DNA of 64,000 nucleotides from Candidatus Multivorans sp. (GTDB taxonomy: Bacteria > Acidobacteriota > Thermoanaerobaculia > Multivoradales > Multivoraceae), in assembly GCA_965247095.1 (NCBI GenBank), contig OZ251997.1, positions 1,568,001 through 1,632,000 on the forward strand, read 5' to 3'. Shown here in pieces: positions 46,616 through 56,629 of this stretch. The notes below the pieces were generated by a model. The model was not told the DNA's origin. It worked only from the letters and a program-made list of their open reading frames with translations, and did no database searches. Position 1 is the first letter of the stretch. Every line of letters begins with the position of its first letter. A program made the translations under genes and the position numbers.

Positions 46616-48937
46616 TCAGAGACGAAACGTGTACTGCGCCTTCACGGCCAGCCTCGAGTCCTGCTGGCGGAAGTCGGCGCCGCGCTCGCCGAGTTCCTGC
46701 ACCCAGCCCTGGCCGAAGATGAAGAACAGGTCGTTCCCCGGCTCAAGAGTCCAGCGCACCCGGCCTTGAAAACCGAGGTTGCCCGAGCGGTTGTCGAACT
46801 GAATCAGATTCGAGAACGACAGGTTGGGCGAAACCGCATAGTTGATCTGGGCCCTGTGAATCCTGGCGACGAAGTCGCCCTGTGGCAGCCGGGCGAAGGT
46901 CTGATTGGTGTTGAGGCTGATCGTCAACCGCGGCGGCGCGGAGTACCTCACGCCCACATTGACCGACTCGGCGCTTCCCGACCAGAAACTGCCGAAGGAG
47001 ATGCCCAAACTGCCCTGAAGCCTGCGCTTCTGCGCCGAACTGAAGAAGACCCGCAACGGCGTGAATTCGTACTCGCCCGGAGGCAGAACCACGCCGGGGG
47101 AGATCTCGAACGGCTCGAACAGCCGCTCGTAGGTGGGGTTCACGTCGAACAGGCTGTGCAGGGAGTCGCCCGACTGGAAGTGCCAATCGACGAGCGTCAC
47201 ATAGACCTCCCGGGTCTCAACCAGCCCATTGTCGAGCCGTGTGAACTCCGTGAAGAAGATGTCGTGGTACATCTGCTGAATGCCCAGCCATTGGTTCTTG
47301 GGCCGCGGGTTGAAGCTGGTGCCGACCCGGAACATGCGTACGTTGCGCCGCTGAACGAATCCGAGCGCCGGATCGAAGTTCTCCTGGATCTCGCGCCATT
47401 GCACCTGGGCGTCGAACCGGTCGTTGGGAAACGCGGCCGCGAAGCCGAAGGCCGCATCGTCGCCGGCAGTGCCTTCGTCGGAAAAGCCTTCGTTTTCGCT
47501 CTTGAGACCCCAGGCGTTGAAGACCAGGTTGCGACCGCTGCCCAGAACGTCGGAGGTGGCCAGACGCAGGTCGACTCCCATCGTGCTGCCGTCAACGGCA
47601 AGGGCCGGATTGCCGCTGGTGACGAGAGCGCCGACGTAGGACTGCTGCCAGAAGTTCTGCCGGACGCGCCCGACGAACAGGCTCTGGTCTTCGACGAATG
47701 AAGTGTCGCGCGTGCCCACGTTGAGGACGCCGACTTCGGTGCGGCCCACCCTGCCGGTCAGCTTGATCCCGTAGTCGAGCGGCACCTCCCGTCCTCCGAG
47801 CAGACCGATTCGGCGGCTGAAGAACGGGAAGATCTCCGCTCCCGTGTCGGGAATGCCTCCCGGCTGATCGACCCCGGTGGTGGCGAAGTTGAAGACGCCG
47901 GCATCCTGCAGGAAGAACGACCGCTTCTCGGGAAAGAAGATCGAGAAGCGAGTCAGATTGATCTGGCGCGCGTCCACCTCGGTCTCCCCGAAGTCGGTGT
48001 TGAACGTGGCCGTCAGCTTCAGATTGGGCGTCACGTTGTAGAACAGATCCAGTCCAGGCTTGCCGCGCAGGCTGTCGTCGCCACTGCCGGCACTCTGCTG
48101 CCACCGGCCGGCAAGGAATGGCCGGATATCCAGGCTGAGGCCCTGCTCGAGGCCTTCGAGGCCGGTGATCTCGCCCGCCTCCGAGACCTGGAGGAACTGC
48201 GTGTCGAAACGAGCTCCCGCCCAGCGGGCCTCCTCGGACTTTCGTTGGATCTGGCGGCCGATGTTGAATCCCCAGACCGTTCCCTCCGGCGGGAAGTTCA
48301 GACTCTTGAAGGGGATCGCGAACTCCGCGCTCCAGCCCTGATCCGAGCGCCGGGTCGCGACCGTCCAGATGGCATCCCAATCTTCGTTCGTCTCGCCGTT
48401 CGCGAACACCAGACCGTCCACCAGAGCGCCGTTCGGATTCGTCGAAAAGTAGAAGGCGTTGCTCTGATCGCGAAAGGTGTCGAGCAGCAGCTCAATGCTG
48501 TCGTCGGGGCCCAAGGATGCGTCGCGGGCCATCTGCGACGCGAGGACTCTGCCCGGCTCGGAGTCATGACACAGCACTCCGATGTACAGGTTGTCCGCGT
48601 CGCGAAGAAGCGTCACCTCCGTCCTCTCGCTCGGCTCGGCACCCTCCGTCGGTATGCGTTGAACCAGGGCGCCGATGTTCGGCGACGATGCCCATGCCGT
48701 CTCGTCGAGGACGCCGTCGATGAGAATCGGCGCCGTTACCGCCGTCACGACGGCCGTCCGGGTCGGGCTGCCCGACTCATCCTGGCGGAGAGCGGCGCCC
48801 GACGCGGCCGGGGGGACGAGCGCCAGCAAGCCATACACCGCCACGACCGCCCGCATCCGCCCGCTGGGTACGCCGACCTCCGGTCGGCATCCGGGCACGA
48901 CCCGGCGCCCGGTCGAATCGGTCGCTCCCCCTGACAA
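46616..48937 (-). CDS. CBM9-like + DUF5916 outer-membrane protein; start TTG 48937 or ATG 48856
   Basis: IDGVLDETAW, WSAEFAIPFKSL, WGFN, TFNTDFGETEVD, FFPEKRSFF, FFSRRIGL, C-terminal YTFRL. Confidence 0.88.
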   Translation of the reverse strand: MSGGATDSTGRRVVPGCRPEVGVPSGRMRAVVAVYGLLALVPPAASGAALRQDESGSPTRTAVVTAVTAPILIDGVLDETAWASSPNIGALVQRIPTEGAEPSERTEVTLLRDADNLYIGVLCHDSEPGRVLASQMARDASLGPDDSIELLLDTFRDQSNAFYFSTNPNGALVDGLVFANGETNEDWDAIWTVATRRSDQGWSAEFAIPFKSLNFPPEGTVWGFNIGRQIQRKSEEARWAGARFDTQFLQVSEAGEITGLEGLEQGLSLDIRPFLAGRWQQSAGSGDDSLRGKPGLDLFYNVTPNLKLTATFNTDFGETEVDARQINLTRFSIFFPEKRSFFLQDAGVFNFATTGVDQPGGIPDTGAEIFPFFSRRIGLLGGREVPLDYGIKLTGRVGRTEVGVLNVGTRDTSFVEDQSLFVGRVRQNFWQQSYVGALVTSGNPALAVDGSTMGVDLRLATSDVLGSGRNLVFNAWGLKSENEGFSDEGTAGDDAAFGFAAAFPNDRFDAQVQWREIQENFDPALGFVQRRNVRMFRVGTSFNPRPKNQWLGIQQMYHDIFFTEFTRLDNGLVETREVYVTLVDWHFQSGDSLHSLFDVNPTYERLFEPFEISPGVVLPPGEYEFTPLRVFFSSAQKRRLQGSLGISFGSFWSGSAESVNVGVRYSAPPRLTISLNTNQTFARLPQGDFVARIHRAQINYAVSPNLSFSNLIQFDNRSGNLGFQGRVRWTLEPGNDLFFIFGQGWVQELGERGADFRQQDSRLAVKAQYTFRL
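48864..48905 (+). repeat. REP-like double hairpin, CTGGG family
   Basis: CTGGGTAC-GCCGACC(TCC)GGTCGGC-AT-CCGGG(CACGA)CCCGG. Confidence 0.7.
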
Positions 48938-48968
48938 CCCGCTGCTCCGTCTTGGTTTCAGGGTTGTC

Positions 48969-50336
48969 TCAGGGCGACGGCAAGAGCCCGTCCCGGTCCA
49001 CCCATGCGCCGCGCAGCATCACGCGGTCGATCTGGAGGGTGTTCCGGATGTCGGCGAGCGGGTCCGCGTTGAGCACGATCAGATCGGCGCTCATGCCGGC
49101 CGTGAGCGTGCCGAAGCCGGCCTCGCCAACCGGCGGCACACGACCGGCACTGGTAGCCGTCGCGGCAACGAGCGTTTCCATCGGCGTCAGGCCGGCCTCG
49201 ACGTAGAGCTCAAGCTCGTGGTGGGTGCCCCAGCCCATCGGCACGTTCGGCGTGCCGCTGTCGGTGCCCAGCGCCACCTTGATGCCGTGGTCGTGGAGCG
49301 TCTTGACGAAGTCCTGCACCTGCCGGAAAGAGACCTTGCGGCCCTCGAAACCGTCCGCCCCGAGAATGGCCGCCCGCGTCTCCTCGCTGCTGAACCGTTC
49401 CAGCGCTCCCGGGTTCATCACCGCCCGCAGCTCCGGGTCGTCCAGCAGCTCCGGGTTCTCGGCGAAGTGCCAGTTGTTCTGGATGATCGACAGGGTCGGC
49501 GCGAAGGCGCAGTCCTTCTCCAGGCACAGATCGAGGAACGCCTGGCTGGGCACCGGGTCCTCCATCGGCACGCCGCCGCCGGGCCCGAAGGTCCGCACCG
49601 TGCTGTGCATGAACTCGTTGAGCCCAGCTTCGAGAAGCTGGACGCCGTCGGCCTCCTCGTCGATGTGGGCAACCGGAACGAGCCCGTTCTTTTGCGACTC
49701 GTCGACGATCGCGGCCCGGATCTCCGGCGGGACCTTAAGGTTCGGCTCCGCGACCTCGTTGATCCACATCTTCGTGAAGTGAACGCCCAGTGCCGCCTGT
49801 TCGCGCACCATCGCGCGCGCCTCTTCCTCGGTCGTCGGCGTGTTCGTGAACCCCGAGTTGAAGCCGCCCGGGTAGGAGAAGCCGAGCCCGGCCGTGAACG
49901 CCCGCGGCAAGTCCGGGCGTCCGGCGTTGGCCTCCAGCATCAGCGCCACCTTCTCCGGGCTGTCCGAGCCGATGCTCCGCGTCGTCGTCACCCCGTAGTA
50001 GAGCTGCGACTTGAGCGCCTGCTCGGACGCCTCCACCGGACCGCCGTAGTGGGCGTGCAGGTCGACGAACCCGGCGATCACCGTCTTGCCGGCCGCGTCG
50101 ACGATCTCCGTGCCGTCCGGCACCTCGACGGCATCCCGCGAGCCGGCCGCCTGGACGCGCCCGTCGCGGATCAGGATGACCGAGTCGGCGATCGGATCGG
50201 CGCCGGTGCCGTCTATGAGCTGCGCGCCCACGATCGCCAGGTCGGCGGGCTCTACCGGCGCGGAATCAGCGGCGCAAGCCGCGAGGAGGGAGATCGCCGG
50301 GAGCGCGAGAACTGGAACAGCAACGCTTCTTGTCAT
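48969..50336 (-). CDS. Lipoprotein amidohydrolase (metal-dependent hydrolase superfamily)
   Basis: Lipobox LAAC; GFVDLHAH, VAHI, LGTDSG, HHELEL, ADLIVLNADPL. Confidence 0.92.
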   Translation of the reverse strand: MTRSVAVPVLALPAISLLAACAADSAPVEPADLAIVGAQLIDGTGADPIADSVILIRDGRVQAAGSRDAVEVPDGTEIVDAAGKTVIAGFVDLHAHYGGPVEASEQALKSQLYYGVTTTRSIGSDSPEKVALMLEANAGRPDLPRAFTAGLGFSYPGGFNSGFTNTPTTEEEARAMVREQAALGVHFTKMWINEVAEPNLKVPPEIRAAIVDESQKNGLVPVAHIDEEADGVQLLEAGLNEFMHSTVRTFGPGGGVPMEDPVPSQAFLDLCLEKDCAFAPTLSIIQNNWHFAENPELLDDPELRAVMNPGALERFSSEETRAAILGADGFEGRKVSFRQVQDFVKTLHDHGIKVALGTDSGTPNVPMGWGTHHELELYVEAGLTPMETLVAATATSAGRVPPVGEAGFGTLTAGMSADLIVLNADPLADIRNTLQIDRVMLRGAWVDRDGLLPSP

Positions 50337-50368
50337 GGTGCGGGCAGGCTACCAGCCGGCCCGCCGGA

Positions 50369-51006
50369 CTACTGCGTATCGCTCTCCACGTGTTCCCGGA
50401 CCACCAGCATCTCGACCGGCCGTTTCTCCGCCACCATCGCCAGACCCAACATCCTCGATCGCCTGGAAGACGGACTCCGGCTCCGGGGAACCGAACTTCA
50501 ACAGGATCTGGTACCGGCCTGTAATCCCGGTCTCGTTCAAGGTCGGTCGCTCCAGCAAATGGGCGACGCGGTCCACCAGGCCGTCGAGGTCAGTCGCCCC
50601 CAGCGAATCGGAGGTGACTCGCGAACCGGAGTGCCCGGAAGCAGGAAGAGGCCTGAGCTTCGGTTCACCCTGCTTGACCAAGACGTACGCGTCCACGACG
50701 CGCTCCTCCCAACGGGCTTCGATTCAGTTAGTACGTCCAGCTCAAGCATCGCATCGATTTCCTCCAACTCAGGGACATCGGGACGCCGCCCCGCTATCAA
50801 GTCGAGCAGGTCTTCCCTGGTCAGCTCATGCGCCCGAGTGACCGCCTGAATCACTCCCTCCTTGTCCTTAGGTCCACGCTGGCGGGAGCACCGCTCTCCG
50901 GTTCGGTCCCGGACCCGCTGTTCGCCCCACACCCCAGGATGGACGTTGTAGCCAGACTCGCCACGGCCACGATCGGGATTCTCCAGATCGAGGTCGTCCT
51001 TCGCAT
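50369..51006 (-). pseudogene. TIGR03435/DUF3738-family lipoprotein, multiply frameshifted and internally shortened
   Basis: Lipobox ILGC in one frame; AYVLV..PKL..LERPTLNETGITGRY..SVFQAI in another; LGLAMVAEKRPVEMLVV..VE in a third. Confidence 0.7.
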
Positions 51007-51064
51007 CGTGCTTCCTTTCCTTGTGGTGCAACCTGGGAGCAAGTCCCGCTCGAGCCCGCGTGGT

Positions 51065-52966
51065 TCACCGGCCGTTGATCAGCCGCCGTAGCGCGTCGAT
51101 TTCGTCCTGCCCGGAGCGGTCCTTTGCCTCTCCCTTCAAATACGCCTCGGGGTCCCTCAGTGCATTCGCGAGGCCACGGGCATCTCCTTCGTCGTCGTAT
51201 CGCTCGATCTGGTACTGGATTTCAGCCTCGATCGCTGACAGCTCGAACTCGTCGACTCTCTTCTTCAACTCCCTGGTGCGTGCCACCCGCTCGTTGATTT
51301 CATCTTCCAGTGCAACCCGAGTCTGTGCGTTCGACGCTGCCATCAGCGTTGACGTGAGAGACAGCTCCTCTGCGCGATAGGTAGCCATCTGACCCAGCAA
51401 ACCGGCAACCTCGCGCCGGAGCGAGGCGGCCTGACCTCGCATTCCCGCTACGGCAGAATTCACATGCATTCGACCGTGCGGACCACCGTTCCGACCCCAG
51501 ATCCCGCGCGCCCCCCAGCTATGGTCCCGAAGCGAAGCCAGCATCAGGTCACGAAATTGCCGGGCGTTCTCATCGAAGGCCTGCTTGCGCCCGTCGATTC
51601 TCCAGTCGTATTCGAGGCCGTCGGGCCCCTGGGTGATCTCCAGCACGTGAGTCCGGCGGCCCGCGGATTCCAGAGCGACGGAACCGCCGGGACCTATCGC
51701 CCGAACCTCCAGGGCATCGCGGCTCATCACCACGTCGCCTCTGACGCCTATGCACAGGACCCCGTCTTGCTTGGAGCGCCAGGGCCATTTCTTGTCAGCG
51801 GTCACCATGCCTTGCTTGGAGCTCCAGCGCCATTTCTTATCAGCGGTTACGAAACTACAGTCCCACCCACCGAAGTCCTGGGCGGTCAAAGCCCGACCGC
51901 TCGCCGGCGCGGTCTTGACCGGAACCGGGTTCGCACAAGATGCAGTCATCCCGGCCGCACCCAGCGCTGTCAAGACGACTCCGGTGACCAGCCTGCGACG
52001 GCGTGGTCGATCGAACTTGACAATGGCTCCGATTCTCCTCTCCAGCGGAGGCGCGTTGACTATCGGCAGCGCCATGATGGCCCGACCTTGGCCTCCGTTC
52101 TGCGCCAGGGAAAGAAGGTGCCTTGCGTACTCGGACGGCCGCGTGCCGGCCGACAGCACCTCTTCGTCGCAGGCGTCCTCGCGGCTCTCGACCGCCAGAC
52201 GCGACGCCACCCAACTCAGCGGGTGGAACCAGTAGAGGGCGAACACGACACGGCCCAGAAGCTGGCGTAGCGCGTCCCGCCTGCGTACGTGGACCAGCTC
52301 ATGGGTGAAGACGATGGCGCGCCGCGCTGCGGACCAGCCCGACGCCGAAGCCGGGAGCAGGATGACGGGGTTCCATAAGCCGCCGGTCATCGGCGTGACG
52401 ACTTCCTCGCCAAGAAGGAGCCGCACGTTTACACGAAAGCCCAACTCACTCTGGATGCCTTCAGACTGCCGGAGCCAGCCCGGGTCGTCCACGGGTTGCG
52501 CGGAGCGAGCGAGCTTCTGGAACCGGAGGAGCCCGACGCCAACGGAGACGAGGGCAGCCCCGCAACCGAGAGCCCAAACCAGAAGCGGCAGGGAAATCGG
52601 ACGCCGGGGCGGTGGCGCCCCAGTGGTCGTCGGAGCGGCACGACCGTCATTGGCCGAAGTCGCGGAGGACTCATCCGCCCTGGCATGGTCGGCCGGCCCC
52701 GTATCCACCAGAGCTTCGGCGAGCGATTCCTCTCCCGCCCGCCCGGGAGATGGCAGCAACGGCACATCCCAGGAGAGCCCGGTGAGGGTCAGGACCGGCA
52801 GCGCGAGCAGAAGCGCGAACGTCAGCGTCCACAGGTGATGGCGCGTCGTCGCGGACCCCTTTCGGATGAGCCATGCGAGGGCCAGCGCGATGCAGAACAC
52901 GATGGTCGCCCGGCCAGCCAGCCCCAGCAGGCTCGACAGTTCAGACACGGGTAAGAGATCGGTCAC
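51065..52966 (-). CDS. M56 (BlaR1/MecR1-type) metalloprotease antirepressor
   Basis: SATTRHHLW, PVILLP, HELVHVRRRD, YWFHPLSW, REDACD, LERRI. Confidence 0.9.
   Translation of the reverse strand: MTDLLPVSELSSLLGLAGRATIVFCIALALAWLIRKGSATTRHHLWTLTFALLLALPVLTLTGLSWDVPLLPSPGRAGEESLAEALVDTGPADHARADESSATSANDGRAAPTTTGAPPPRRPISLPLLVWALGCGAALVSVGVGLLRFQKLARSAQPVDDPGWLRQSEGIQSELGFRVNVRLLLGEEVVTPMTGGLWNPVILLPASASGWSAARRAIVFTHELVHVRRRDALRQLLGRVVFALYWFHPLSWVASRLAVESREDACDEEVLSAGTRPSEYARHLLSLAQNGGQGRAIMALPIVNAPPLERRIGAIVKFDRPRRRRLVTGVVLTALGAAGMTASCANPVPVKTAPASGRALTAQDFGGWDCSFVTADKKWRWSSKQGMVTADKKWPWRSKQDGVLCIGVRGDVVMSRDALEVRAIGPGGSVALESAGRRTHVLEITQGPDGLEYDWRIDGRKQAFDENARQFRDLMLASLRDHSWGARGIWGRNGGPHGRMHVNSAVAGMRGQAASLRREVAGLLGQMATYRAEELSLTSTLMAASNAQTRVALEDEINERVARTRELKKRVDEFELSAIEAEIQYQIERYDDEGDARGLANALRDPEAYLKGEAKDRSGQDEIDALRRLINGR
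51766..51850 (-). repeat. In-frame tandem duplication, 45-nt period, in the M56 gene
   Basis: VTADKKWRWSSKQ / VTADKKWPWRSKQ; 40-nt copies at 51766-51805 and 51811-51850 with 4 mismatches. Confidence 0.85.
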
Positions 52967-53346
52967 CGCCCCTCCCTTGACGCCCGGTCGATGAGCGCCT
53001 CTATTCGTGTTCGCTCTTCCGGGCTGAGTCTTGCGTCCTCCAGTTCCAGCAGCGTGGCTACCGCACCCTCCACCGAGCCGCCGAAGAACGTCCTCACGAC
53101 GTGCCGCATGGCCGAGCGCCGCGCGCGTGAAGCCGGGACCGTGGACGAGTACAGATAGCTGGCTCCGTCCTGGTCACTCGCCAGGTGCCCCTTGTTCACG
53201 AGGATTCGAAGCACCGAGCGGACCGCCGAGTACGTGGGCGGCTCGGCCATGCGGTCGCGGATCTGCGCCCCCGTAGCGGCTCCGGCCTCATGGACGATGT
53301 CCATGACCTCGCGCTCTCGCCTGCTGAGTTGGGGCAGTTCGTTCAC
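52963..53346 (-). CDS. BlaI/MecI/CopY family repressor
   Basis: LSRREREVMD..YSAVRSVLRILVNKG..VRTFFGGS; overlaps the M56 start. Confidence 0.92.
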   Translation of the reverse strand: MNELPQLSRREREVMDIVHEAGAATGAQIRDRMAEPPTYSAVRSVLRILVNKGHLASDQDGASYLYSSTVPASRARRSAMRHVVRTFFGGSVEGAVATLLELEDARLSPEERTRIEALIDRASREGR

Positions 53347-53544
53347 GATCACCTCGCCTGTCCGATTCGCGGTTCGGAGTCTCCATCTCGACGCCCTGAA
53401 GACACCATAGCCGATAGGTGCTGAAAATCCAACACTCCACCTGGATGTCGCGGCGATCCGCTTTCGTCCGGTTCTCACCGCAAGAGGAACCCGGCCCCAG
53501 CCCCGGAATGAGAGAATCGCAGCCATGCCGAACCGGAGGATCGG

Positions 53545-54141
53545 ATGAGCTGGACCGACGACGTCAAGGAGATCGAACGGCAGCGCCGCATGGCCGAGGA
53601 GATGGGCGGCGCCGACAGCGTCGCCTTTCAGCACGGCCGCGGCAAACTGACGGTGCGCGAGCGCATCGATCTGCTCGCGGATCCGGACAGTTTCCACGAG
53701 ATCGGCGCGCTGGCCGGCACGGCGACCTGGGAAGACGGTTCGGTTGCGGCGCTCAACCTGACCCAGACGCCCTACATCTGCTTCGTCGTGCGTCAGCTCT
53801 ACGGCGTCGCCGGCGGACTCCACTGGCGCGGCCAGGGCCTCTACCGCCGCTACGCCTGGCCCTCGGCGCACGGCGGCTCGATGCACATCCGGGGCGGAAC
53901 CGCGATCGCCTACAAGCGCGAGATCGAGGCAGCCGACGATCCGGAGGCCAAGCGCGCCGAGATCGAAGCCCGTCTGCACGCCATCTCCTCGCCCTTCCGC
54001 AATGCCCACGCCTTCGGCGTCGAGGAGATCATCGATCCCCGCGACACGCGGCCCCTGCTGGTGGACTTCATGCGCGACGCGCGCCGGGTGGTGGCGGCGG
54101 AGCTTCTCGGGCCGGCGAAGGGACCCAGCTACCGGCCGTAG
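53545..54141 (+). pseudogene. Acyl-CoA carboxylase carboxyltransferase subunit with large in-frame internal deletion
   Basis: N-terminal MGG..QHGRGKLTVRERIDLLAD joined directly to C-terminal VRQLYGVAG..WPSA..EEIIDPRDTR; 198 aa versus about 500 aa typical. Confidence 0.75.
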
Positions 54142-54178
54142 GTGAGTTGTAGCTGTCGCTAGCCCAATGGCCTCCTGA

Positions 54179-54583
54179 TCACGAGCGCCACAGCCGCAGG
54201 GGCACATGCGCGGCCGCGTGAAGGAAATCCCGGTCCGTACTCAGCAGAACCAGTCCGTGTCGAATCGCGAGCTGAGCAAGGAGTGCATCGATCGTCCCAA
54301 GCTGAACACCGCTACGCCGGCAGCGGTTGCGCACCTCGGCTGCCTCGATGTGGTCGTCGCAATCCGGCGTGATCGTTGGCAGCGCCGAGAAACGATGCAG
54401 GATCGCGTCGCGCCGACGAGGGCCACGAAACCCCTGCAGCAGTTCCTGCAGGACGAGCCCCGTGGTGAATATCGACTCTCTCGCGAAGAGCGCCTCGCGG
54501 AGACGCGCAACCTCCCGTTCGGCTCGTGGTTCACCTCGACGAAGCGCCAGGGACCAGACGCTGGTGTCGACCAGGAAGTTCAT
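54179..54583 (-). CDS. vapC: PIN-domain (VapC) toxin
   Basis: MNFLVDTSVW, VLQELLQG, TIDALLAQLA, LLSTDRDF. Confidence 0.92.
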   Translation of the reverse strand: MNFLVDTSVWSLALRRGEPRAEREVARLREALFARESIFTTGLVLQELLQGFRGPRRRDAILHRFSALPTITPDCDDHIEAAEVRNRCRRSGVQLGTIDALLAQLAIRHGLVLLSTDRDFLHAAAHVPLRLWRS

Positions 54584-54600
54584 GCGCCGGCTGGCTGCGC

Positions 54601-54828
54601 TCAGCCTTCCTTGACCCCAGGCCGGCTTGGCTCTCTCGACCGCTCCTTCTTGTAGTCGTAGCTCTCGTCCCACTCCAGGGTTCCGAACAGATCGAGGATC
54701 TCGGCCTGTTCCCTCCGGGCGAGGAACTCCCTGAGGGCAAGAGTGACGGCCGCTGTCTTGGTCTTTTCACCACTGACTTCGACGGCTCTCTCCAGGAGCT
54801 CGGGATCGATCGCGAGGTTTGTCGCCAT
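54601..54828 (-). CDS. vapB: VapB antitoxin (DUF2191-type)
   Basis: MATNLAIDPELLERA..TKTAAVTLALREF..WDESYDYK. Confidence 0.88.
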   Translation of the reverse strand: MATNLAIDPELLERAVEVSGEKTKTAAVTLALREFLARREQAEILDLFGTLEWDESYDYKKERSREPSRPGVKEG

Positions 54829-54863
54829 GTGCAGAGCTTCGCACAGAGAGCCGCACAAGACAA
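54829..54863 (-). promoter_or_regulatory. vapBC promoter/operator, leaderless spacing
   Basis: TTGTCT-17nt-GAAGCT-6nt-ATG; repeated TGTGCG and inverted GCACA. Confidence 0.45.
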
Positions 54864-54910
54864 GGCCGTAAGAGGCCAGCGCGCGACACTCCTTCCCGTC
54901 TCAGTCTCCA

Positions 54911-55600
54911 GGCCGCGACGCCGGCGGCCTGAAGACGCTCCATCAGGCGCTCGGCCTGCTGGGTGCACGTCCACCGGGCGATCGCGTCGTTGAGCTTCTC
55001 CGCGTTGGCGATGCGGTCGCGGTGGCGGTCGAAGAGCGGGTCTTCCAAGGCATCCTCGCCTGAGATCGCCACCAGCCGCCGCCAACTCTCGTCGGAATCG
55101 ACCGCCAGGGCAATCCAGCGGTCGTCCCCCGCACACGGGTAGACACCGTGTGGCGCATGGTCGAGGTCGCCGTTGCCCGGGGGCGTCTGGTCGCCGCCGA
55201 GAGCCGCGTCGAGCAGCACTTCTCCGAGGTAGCCCACAGCCGCCTCGACCATGCTGCCGTCGATCGCCTGTCCCTCGCCGGTGCGACGGCTGTGAAACAG
55301 AGCGACGAGGGTCGTCGCCGCCATCTGCATGCCGGTAATCGCGTCCGCCTGGTAGAAGCCCATGACCATCGGGTCGCCGTCGGGATACCGGTGAAGCCAG
55401 TCCCAGCCGGCAAGCGCCTCGATCGAGGTCCCGTTCGCCTTGTAGTCGCTCAGCGGCCCGGTCTTGCCGAAGCCGGACCACGCCGTCATCACGAGGCCTG
55501 GATTCCGCTTCGACAGTTCGGGCCACTCGAGCCCGAACCGCTCCATGACCCGCGGCGTGTAGTTCTCCATCACCACGTCGGCGGCGTCAGCCAGCCGCCG
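54911..55600 (-). pseudogene. Internal fragment of a CaiB/BaiF family III CoA-transferase
   Basis: ADVVMENYTP..FGL, SGFGKTGP, TGEGQAID, APHGVYPC; N-terminal and C-terminal parts missing. Confidence 0.78.
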
Positions 55601-55641
55601 GGTAGCATCGCCCGCCACCACAACGGGAGGGAGCCGGTCCA

Positions 55642-56616
55642 ATGGCAACAGATGGCAGCAGCGCAACGGTCAGCCTGACGGACGGGCCGGTCGTCCTCGG
55701 AAGCGGCATCGCGGGCGAGGTGCTCCGCATCCCCACCGCGGATCCGGCGAGTTTCCACCAGGCGATTTCCGAGCCCGCCGCGATGCCGGCCACGGAGATT
55801 CTCGGGAGCCTGTTCCTGCCGCCGGGACGGGGTCCGTGGCCCGTCGTGATCATCGTGCCCGGAAGTCTCGGCGTGGCGCCCTCGCACGTCGCCAAAGCGG
55901 ACTACCTGACGGACGCCGGGATCGCGTGCTGCGTGATCGACCCTTTCGGCACGCGCGGCGTGACCTCGACCGTTTCCAACCAGGCACAGTACTCCTTCGC
56001 GGCAAGTGCCTGGGACGTGCTCGCGACCGCCGCGGTACTGGTCCACCGCGAGGACATCGACGCCGCGCGCGTCGGCGCCCAGGGTCACAGCCGCGGCGGC
56101 TCGGCGGTGCTGTCCGCGGCCTGCATGGCGCCGCTGGTCGGTCCGGAGCGAGCGCCCGCGCTCGCCGCCGTCTATGCCGCGTACCCGTGGTCCGGCATGC
56201 AGTTCGAGCAGCCCGACGTCGGCCACACGGTCGTGCGCTCCGTGATCGGCGACCTGGACGAGTGGTGCCTGCCGCTCCAGGTCCAGGCCCACATGCACGC
56301 GACGACGCTCTGCGGATGCGACGCCAGCTTCCGGCTCTTCACAAACACGCACCACAGCTTCGACCGCGACACGCCCGTGGAGTTCATCGCCGACGCATCC
56401 GTCGCCCCGGGCGCACCGACGATCTACATCCGCGACGACGGCGCGCTTGTCCATCCACTCAGTGGGGAGGCGGATCCAGACCTCACCGAACGCGACGCGA
56501 TGATCTACCTCGTCAAGTCGCCCTACGGGCGCAAAGGCGCGCGGATCGGCACCGCGGACGACCAGGCGCGGAAGTTCCACGCGGACATGATGGAGTTCTG
56601 GACCGGCGCGCTATAG
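55642..56616 (+). CDS. Dienelactone hydrolase-like alpha/beta hydrolase
   Basis: GHSRGG nucleophile elbow, YP, GDLDEW, HHSFD. Confidence 0.85.
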   Translation: MATDGSSATVSLTDGPVVLGSGIAGEVLRIPTADPASFHQAISEPAAMPATEILGSLFLPPGRGPWPVVIIVPGSLGVAPSHVAKADYLTDAGIACCVIDPFGTRGVTSTVSNQAQYSFAASAWDVLATAAVLVHREDIDAARVGAQGHSRGGSAVLSAACMAPLVGPERAPALAAVYAAYPWSGMQFEQPDVGHTVVRSVIGDLDEWCLPLQVQAHMHATTLCGCDASFRLFTNTHHSFDRDTPVEFIADASVAPGAPTIYIRDDGALVHPLSGEADPDLTERDAMIYLVKSPYGRKGARIGTADDQARKFHADMMEFWTGAL

Positions 56617-56629
56617 CTCAACTCCGTCT

